Origin: Octopus sinensis | Taxonomy: Eukaryota | Assembly (NCBI RefSeq): GCF_006345805.1 | Contig: NW_021825870.1 | Span: 1 to 14,234 of the forward strand | Length of the DNA stretch: 14,234 nt | Direction: 5' to 3' | In this document: in pieces, positions 7,890 through 14,234 of the stretch | Layout: each line of letters opens with the position of its first letter | Position numbering within the stretch: the stretch's first letter is position 1 | Made by a program: the position numbers and the translations under genes | Notes under the pieces: model-generated | Databases searched by the model: none | What the model saw: the letters and a program-made list of their open reading frames with translations, nothing else | Told to the model about the DNA's origin: nothing

Positions 7890-9816
7890 GAAAAGTGGTT
7901 GGCAGAGCCTCTGCTTGACCTCACAAACATGCTCTTTGTGCACCAAATAAAACTCCACCAAAGGGTTTTAAATGTTCTGGATCTCTGCTAATAAATAACA
8001 CGGAGCTCGTCTCTAATATTAATGTGACAATTTTTCGCAGTAGTACTAATAATGTATGTTCCGCAGAAAACTGCAGACACGCAAGCAATGAAAAGCACCC
8101 AACTCCTTTCCAACCTGAACTTTCATAAAGTTGATTGGGAAAGTATAAAGAAATAGGCCATGGAATAAAACTCGCCAACAAGTCTATCTATGCAAGATAT
8201 TAACATAAGGAAAATGTGCCACTAAAGGATAATGAAGAACCTTATCTTGAAAAAATATTTCTTGGGAGTGAAAGTGAACTCAGGCACTCCCATGAATTGG
8301 AGAGTGCAAAAAAAGAAGCCAGGGCTTGAAGAATTGTAAAGACAAATCCGAAGCCCTCCACAGATTTGGAAAAGTGTCTTCTTCAATGCGGTAAAATATA
8401 GGTCCACTGTTCAATGATGGCTCACTAGTGCAAACCCCCAGAGGATACGTGAAATAGTGAAAGTACAATACAAAAGCATTTGCAAAAATCCGTTGAGACA
8501 CTTACAAATAGCTATACCTGATGAGTTTTCGGCACCACAGCTCTACATAAAGAAATGAAAATTATTGATTACACCGAAATAGAGGAAATTCATGTAATAT
8601 CAGCCATTGCTGAAATGGACAGAAACTCAACCTCACGCTCTGATGATTTCCCAGCAATCCTCCTTAAGAAATGTAAAGAAGATCAGGCAAGACCACTGCA
8701 GATCCTCTTCCAAATATTCCTTCTAAATGGGAGGCGTCCCAGAAAGTTAGAGAAAGGCATATATCTTATCTATAAAGGAGGTAGCAGAGTAAATGTTAAA
8801 AATGGCTTGTGTCTCTAACCTCACAGCAACGTCTCTAACCTCACAGAAAAGTCATGGAAAGCATTGTCAGGAGAAAGCTGATCACATTCCTAGACACCCT
8901 GACACCCAGCATTGCTCCCTGATACCCAGCATTGCTTCCTAGGTGTCATATATAGATGGGCTGAGGAAAGCAATGTGTAGTTTAATGCAGAGTAATTCCA
9001 AGCCCTCCGCTCGGAATCATTTTCTGCTAACATGCCTCAACAAAGATACTTTAGACCAAAGGGAGCGGCAATACCACAGCCAAGTGTAGTGGGTGATTTG
9101 GAGATTGATATAAGCAATGACGCCTCGTTTTATGTACATATCACCAAGATGGTAGCAAAGAGCAGGGGAATAGTTGACTGGATTCTGAGAATTTTCAGAG
9201 TAAGGGGCCATGAAGTTATGCTGATTCCATGGAAGACATTTGTCCTCAGCCGTCTGGAATACTGTTCTCAATTGTGGCAACCCAACAATGTGAAGTTAAT
9301 TGCGAGATTTTTGGCACTTCAGCGATATTACACAAGGAAAACAGCGTCAATGAAACAGCGGAGCTATCAGGAGAAAGTTAAAGAATTATGTCTCTACTTC
9401 CTGGAACGAAGACGAAGGAGATATGCAGTGATATATGTATGTACACACGGAATATCCTAGAAGCATTGGCAATGAACTTTGGCAACAAAAGTTAAATCAG
9501 CTCAAAGTGGACGTCACTTCACTGTTCAAGAAGTAGAGTGAGGACCAGTTATTGCATTAGCCTGGGATCAAAAGGCCCTCAACAATTGAATAAATTGCCA
9601 AAAGATCTCAGCGACCAACATGCAGTAACGGTAGAACTTGACGTTCTGCTGTCTAATATCCTATATATGCATCACGGCAAGAAATTCCAATGAGGGCAGC
9701 AATGTCAAACTCGCTCCATCACCAAACCCCATTAGGCAGAGAATGGCCATTGAAAAGACAACACTTGCGATGATCCAACATGGCCATATCAGGGCTCAAA
9801 GGAATAAAAGAAGAAT
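7890..9816 (+). mobile_element. Decayed CR1-type LINE ORF2: end of the endonuclease, linker, RT start, RT core deleted, C-terminal domain and 3' tail
   Basis: In order: LLDLTNMLFVHQI..NVLDL..NNTELVSNINVT (endonuclease end), LSNLNFHKVDWESI, IVKTNPKP, SDDFPAILLKKCK..PLQILFQ..IYKGGSR, KVMESIVRRKLITFL, then a jump to IYRWAEESN..FN, WILRIF..WKTFVLSRLEYCSQLWQP, LERRRRRYAVIY. Tail GCGATGATCCAACATGGCC..AATAAAAGAAGAAT. Many stops and frameshifts. Confidence 0.9.
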
Positions 9817-9849
9817 ATATATACATGCATATACATATACACACCCACG

Positions 9850-9881
<32 letters not shown>

Positions 9882-9886
9882 CACAA

Positions 9887-9921
<35 letters not shown>

Positions 9922-9930
9922 ATATATATT
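9817..9930. repeat. (CA)n/(TA)n microsatellite
   Basis: Directly visible, following the LINE tail. Confidence 0.95.
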
Positions 9931-10179
9931 GCGAACCTTGCTGTACTTTTTCACCACAACTTTCTCTCACTCTTTCTTCCTGTTTCTGATGTACATTTGT
10001 GTATTTGAAAGAGCTAACCATTTCATACTCTGTGTCACGCTGAATCTCCCCAGGGACTACGTTATGGATACACTTGTCTGTGGAGTGCTCAGAGTCTTAC
10101 ACGTTAATTTCACGAGCAGGCTCTTCCGTTGATCCGATCAACTGGAACCCACATCGTCTTAACTGACCGAGTGCCACAA
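9931..10179 (+). mobile_element. 5'-truncated SINE-like repeat (family C) ending GAGTGCCACAA
   Basis: Shares 28 of 29 nt (9951-9979) with 11736-11764. Contains hairpin GTTGAT-CCG-ATCAAC near the 3' end. Orientation and SINE identity rest on recollection of an octopus repeat. Confidence 0.6.
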
Positions 10180-10463
10180 TGTATGTATGCATGCATATAA
10201 GATTATATAAATTTATATTTTCTGAACTAAGAATCCGAGAGATATAACTATTTTTTAAACGTTTAACCATAAAACAACCTCGGTGCACTCAATGCTGTAT
10301 ACATTGTCAACAATTTTTGCAGCAGCTTGTGAGATTTCTGGACGTAGCAACATAGAATTGTTGTGTAATCAAGTACAACTGTTGAGCAGCTTGAAGTAAT
10401 TCATAAGAATAAGGGTAAAAATAAAAGTAACAAACAGATCAGCTTCCTAATGCGTGGGCGGAG

Positions 10464-10530
10464 AGAGAGAGAGACAGACAGATAGATAGATAGACAGACA
10501 GGCAGAGACAGAGAGAGTATGTGTGTGAGG
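10464..10530. repeat. (GA)n/(GATA)n/(GACA)n microsatellite
   Basis: Directly visible. Confidence 0.9.
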
Positions 10531-10670
10531 GAAAAAGGAAAAAGAATATTTTTCCATTCATCATTTACCTGGGTCTTGTGTAACACATTGTTTCGATGTC
10601 TCTCATTCGTTTATAATTTATTTTCAATTTATATACATGTTTTGTAACGTGTTTTGATTCCATAGACAAA

Positions 10671-10790
10671 GCTGTAGTGGTTAAAATGCAGGCTTTGCAA
10701 TCGCGCAGTTTCCGGATCAGTCCCATTGCACGGCACCTTGGATAAATGTCCACTACTATAGCTCCAGCCGACCAATGTCTGTGCATGGGT
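10671..10790 (+). mobile_element. Old diverged family A SINE head
   Basis: GCTGTAGTGGTTAA (A box), GGATCAGTCCC (B box, 10714-10724), then GGCACCTTGGATAAATGTC..CTATAGC..GCCGACCAATG, colinear with the reverse complement of 1020-1130. Confidence 0.7.
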
Positions 10791-10818
10791 CACCCATACG
10801 GACATGGTGTAAAATCCC

Positions 10819-10851
<33 letters not shown>

Positions 10852-10871
10852 CTTATATATATAATATATAT

Positions 10872-11180
10872 TATAAAGTTAATCCAAACAAGAAAAACAA
10901 AAAAGACAACAACGCAAAAAGTGGAACAATTAAAGTATTATTAGACGCTCAGGAAAAAAGGGGAAGAAGGAGGGTATGACGTTTCGAGCGGAGGTCTTCG
11001 TCGGAAACATAGGAGAAAGAAAGATCCCGAGGTGGGAGGACAGAGGGAAAAAAAACGCGAGTGGTCTTCACGAGGTAAACATACTGTGAGGCGGAAGTCG
11101 TAGACGAGAGGGGACAGATTTTCAAAGACAGGAGAGCGGGAAAAGAAGGAAGGTAAAAACACAATGAGTGAGAAGAAGAG
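10872..11180 (-). mobile_element. Short interspersed repeat with hammerhead-like core, probably a PLE pseudo-LTR (copy 2, longer 5' part)
   Basis: Reverse-complement homolog of 5258-5462 over ~10872-11050, with additional upstream sequence to ~11180 and possibly to ~11380. Its 3' end runs into (TA)n. Confidence 0.65.
10974..11008 (-). ncRNA. Minimal type I hammerhead-ribozyme-like motif (variant core)
   Basis: Minus strand GTTT-CCGACGA-A-GACC.TCC.GCTC-GAAA-CG-TC-ATAC. GAAA is intact and the triplet is the canonical GUC. One mismatch in helix II and one in helix I. Confidence 0.55.
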
Positions 11181-11379
11181 TGTGTGTATGTGAGTGTGTG
11201 CGTGTGTGTGTATGTATGTATATGTTGGCGACGGCTGGTAGCAAGCGCTGTGCGAGATGACAGAGTGTGTGTTTATTAGTGCGTGCGTCTGTGTGTATGT
11301 GTGTGTATGTTGGGCGAAGGCTAGTGGACGTAGCAATCACAGGTCAGTGGCAAAAGAAGGAAGAAAGAAGAAGGGAAAT

Positions 11380-11727
11380 GTGTGCGTGTGTACGTCCCGT
11401 GTGTGTGTTTTGTTGTAGTATGTGTGTGTACGTGTGCGTTAGTAACTTTGCTTAGCAGAGTGTATGTGTAGGTGTGTGTGTGTGCTTATATGTGCGTATA
11501 TGTATACTTGTGTGCATGTATGTATGTGTGCGTGCGCGTGTGTACGCATGTTTAGGTGTGCGTATGTATGTGTGTGTCAGTGTTTATATGTGTGTACGTA
11601 TGTGTATGTGTGCGTGTTCGTGGAGGTATATGTTGGGTGTGTGTATGTGCCGGTGTGCATGTGAATTTGTGTGTGTTTGTACGTGTGTAAGTGTGTGTGT
11701 ATTGTATATATATATATGTAAATGTGT
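11380..11727. repeat. Degenerate (GT)-rich microsatellite
   Basis: Directly visible. Confidence 0.9.
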
Positions 11728-11844
11728 GTATTCTTTCGCCACAACTTTCTCTCACTCTTTCTTCTGTTGGCCTGCTCGCTTAGCCAGCGAGGTGGCGTCA
11801 CTTGATGGCTAAAACAATATGAAGTGCATTGTGACCAGCGATGT
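11728..11844 (+). mobile_element. SINE-like fragment sharing a central block with family C but with a different downstream part
   Basis: TCGCCACAACTTTCTCTCACTCTTTCTTC matches 9951-9979, then continues TGTTGGCCTGCTCGCTTAGCCAGC..GCATTGTGACCAGCGATGTG, unrelated to 9980 onward. Confidence 0.55.
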
Positions 11845-12038
11845 GTCGATTATATCGACTCCAGTGATTAAGTCGATTATATCGACTCCAGTGCGTTACT
11901 GGTACTTAATTTATAGACCCCGAAAGGATGAAAGGCAAAGTCAACCTCGGCGGAATTTGAACTCAGAACGTAACGGCAGACGAAATACGGCTACACATTT
12001 CGCCCGGTGTGCTAACGTTTCTGCCAGCTCGCCGCCTT
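11845..12038 (-). mobile_element. tRNA-derived SINE (family B) with MetaSINE-like central domain, 3' truncated
   Basis: Minus strand head AAGGCGGCGAGCTGGCAGAAACGTTAG with B box GAGTTCAAATTCC. Then TTTGCCTTTCATCCTTTCGGGGTCTATAAATTAAGTACCAG, resembling the Meta domain (recalled CAGCCTTCCATCCTTCCGAGGTCGGTAAAATGAGTACC). Ends in a 22-bp tandem duplication. Confidence 0.85.
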
Positions 12039-12657
12039 TCAATGGTGCAGACCATCGAGTTGTTGACACGTAATACAGGAGGAGGATGAAGAATAGCAGG
12101 TGTAAACGGGGTATAGAGTGGGAGGAAGAGAAGGGTAAGTAAGAATAATCGCTCATTTTGTTTTTGAGCAAGAAAAACGAGATACAGAGAGTTTTACAGT
12201 TCTGACAAAATTGATTACTTCAGTAAAAGGCGGTGTTGAAATTGTGTCACCCAACTTCAATATAAAACCATCACCCCATATGTTCTGTAAACATTGAGGT
12301 TTTCTTTGGTGGTCATATTGATAGCAGTGTCACATTGTCCAACAAATACAGTTATTCTCTTTCTTAGTGAATGTAACAGTTACAAAAATGTTTCCATAAT
12401 CAGAGAATCAGTCTTCGATCAACTCCATCTAAATATTGAAAATAACGTACGATAAATGTCTATATGATGTCTATATGTGCAGTATCGTTTGTTGTATTGA
12501 TTGTTAATGAATAAAGTTTTGTCTTTGAACTCTGGGAAGGTTTGAAAGCGAGATCAGAGTAAATAACAATAGTTTCGTTTTTTAGATTCAGCAGACAGGT
12601 AATGTCTTTGCAACTTTTATTTTTTTCCGTGTTTTTTCCTTTTTATCGTCTTCACAG

Positions 12658-12787
12658 GGGTTTCAAGTACAGAACACCATTGAGACAAAAGTTGAATCGC
12701 AGAAGAAAGATGACAATTTTGTTAACAAAATCGTAAATGAGCTGAGAAGTACCATGAAATGCATATCACATTTTTCACGAAAACGAG
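12658..12787 (+). CDS. Probable internal coding exon of an unidentified host gene (GFQVQNTIETKVESQKKDDNFVNKIVNELRSTMKCISHFSRKR)
   Basis: Long polypyrimidine tract plus TTCACAG acceptor (AG 12656-12657) and consensus donor GAG|GTAAGT (12788). 130 nt; only the phase-0 frame is open. Lies in non-repetitive sequence. Confidence 0.6.
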
Positions 12788-12977
12788 GTAAGTTAGACGG
12801 CATGAAATATTGGGGAACTTAGATTCCTGTCATACCTTCTGTTCACGTAGAAAATGTTCCATGCACCTGTTTCGAAGAAGCTATTGTTCAAGCTCTCTCC
12901 TCATATATTTTATTCAAGTTTCTCTCATAATTCCTTATTCAGTTTCTCTTTATAAATCTCTATTCAGGCTCGTTTTT

Positions 12978-12997
12978 ATATATATAATATATATATA

Positions 12998-13043
<46 letters not shown>

Positions 13044-13048
13044 ATATC

Positions 13049-13104
<56 letters not shown>

Positions 13105-13170
13105 TATATTTGTGTGTATGTATATATATATTATATATATGTATATATGTATATAATATATATATATTAA

Positions 13171-13225
<55 letters not shown>

Positions 13226-13226
13226 T
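12978..13226. repeat. Long imperfect (TA)n microsatellite
   Basis: Directly visible. Confidence 0.95.
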
Positions 13227-14234
13227 TATACACATGCACACACACCACACTACATACATACACCCATACACATACACACACACACATACCTACATACTCC
13301 TATACGCACATACATACACACAGACATACACACATACACACTCACACAAACATACACACACACATACTTACACACACACTCGCCTGCACGCGTACACACA
13401 TGCATGACAAACCCCATACACTCACACTCACATACGCACACACCAACATAAACACGCACACGCACACCACACACCTACACTCCCACAACATACATACGCA
13501 CCTACATACACACACGCACGCATACACACGCACACACACGCATACACACATACATTACACACGTACACATACACCTACATACACATGCATACACACACAC
13601 ACAAACATGCACGGACACACCAGACATACATACATACACCTATATACACACGCCCACACACCTACATACCACACATACACGGACACACCCATACCTACTT
13701 ACATACATACACCTATACACACACGCCTACACACCTACATAGACACACATGCATACACACACACACATGTACGCACACATACACACACATATACGCACAT
13801 ACATATATACCCACACACATGCACCACACACACATACGCACATGCATGCATGCATGCACACGCGCACACCTACACGCATACACACACACACACGCACGTA
13901 CACATACATACAAACACACACATACATACAACCCATACACATACATGCATCCTACACACACATACATACACACTCACACATACATACACACACACACACT
14001 CACTCACACACCTGTATGTACGCGCACCACAATGCAACATACACACACTTCCACACACCCACACGTACATACATACACACTCATACACATACACACACAC
14101 ACGGACATACATCTACGCACACACATATAAAACACACATACTCACATACATTCATCGGACACACTGACACCCAGACATACACACAGACACACTCACACAT
14201 CCACACACATGCATACTTACGCGCACACTCGCAG
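13227..14234. repeat. ~1 kb degenerate (CA)/(CATA)/(CACG) microsatellite, running off the window end
   Basis: Directly visible; source of the His/Thr-rich and Val/Cys-rich ORFs. Confidence 0.95.

Noticed and set aside
8811-8936. Short direct repeats (also 11845-11893) as a CRISPR-like array
   Set aside because: Only two units each, no unique spacers, eukaryotic retroelement context.
10230-10400. Minus-strand exon-like stretch (EISQAAAKIVDNVYSIECTE)
   Set aside because: No credible donor site, and several alternative frames are equally plausible.
13072-14167. Long His/Thr/Tyr-rich and Val/Cys-rich ORFs, up to 255 aa
   Set aside because: They are translations of (CA)/(TA) microsatellite, which lacks stop codons in several frames. 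The same applies to the similar ORFs at 1397-2434, 3802-4116, 5131-5543 and 11267-11812.

Overview
Repeat-saturated animal genomic DNA, not prokaryotic; no CRISPR, rRNA or intact tRNA seen. The SINE sequences resemble, from memory, those of octopus, so a cephalopod source is inferred. Roughly a third of the window is microsatellite, which explains most ORFs in the supplied track. Between the microsatellites lie: several tRNA-derived SINEs from at least three families; a decayed Penelope-like element (PLE) reverse transcriptase on the minus strand with a 226-bp foldback at its 5' side; a non-autonomous Helitron-like element around ~0.9 kb of unexplained sequence; two copies of a short repeat carrying a minimal hammerhead-ribozyme-like core; and a decayed CR1-type LINE lacking its RT core, whose 3' tail resembles one SINE's tail. 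One well-bounded candidate host exon lies at 12658-12787 (+). All alignments were done by eye and no database was searched.
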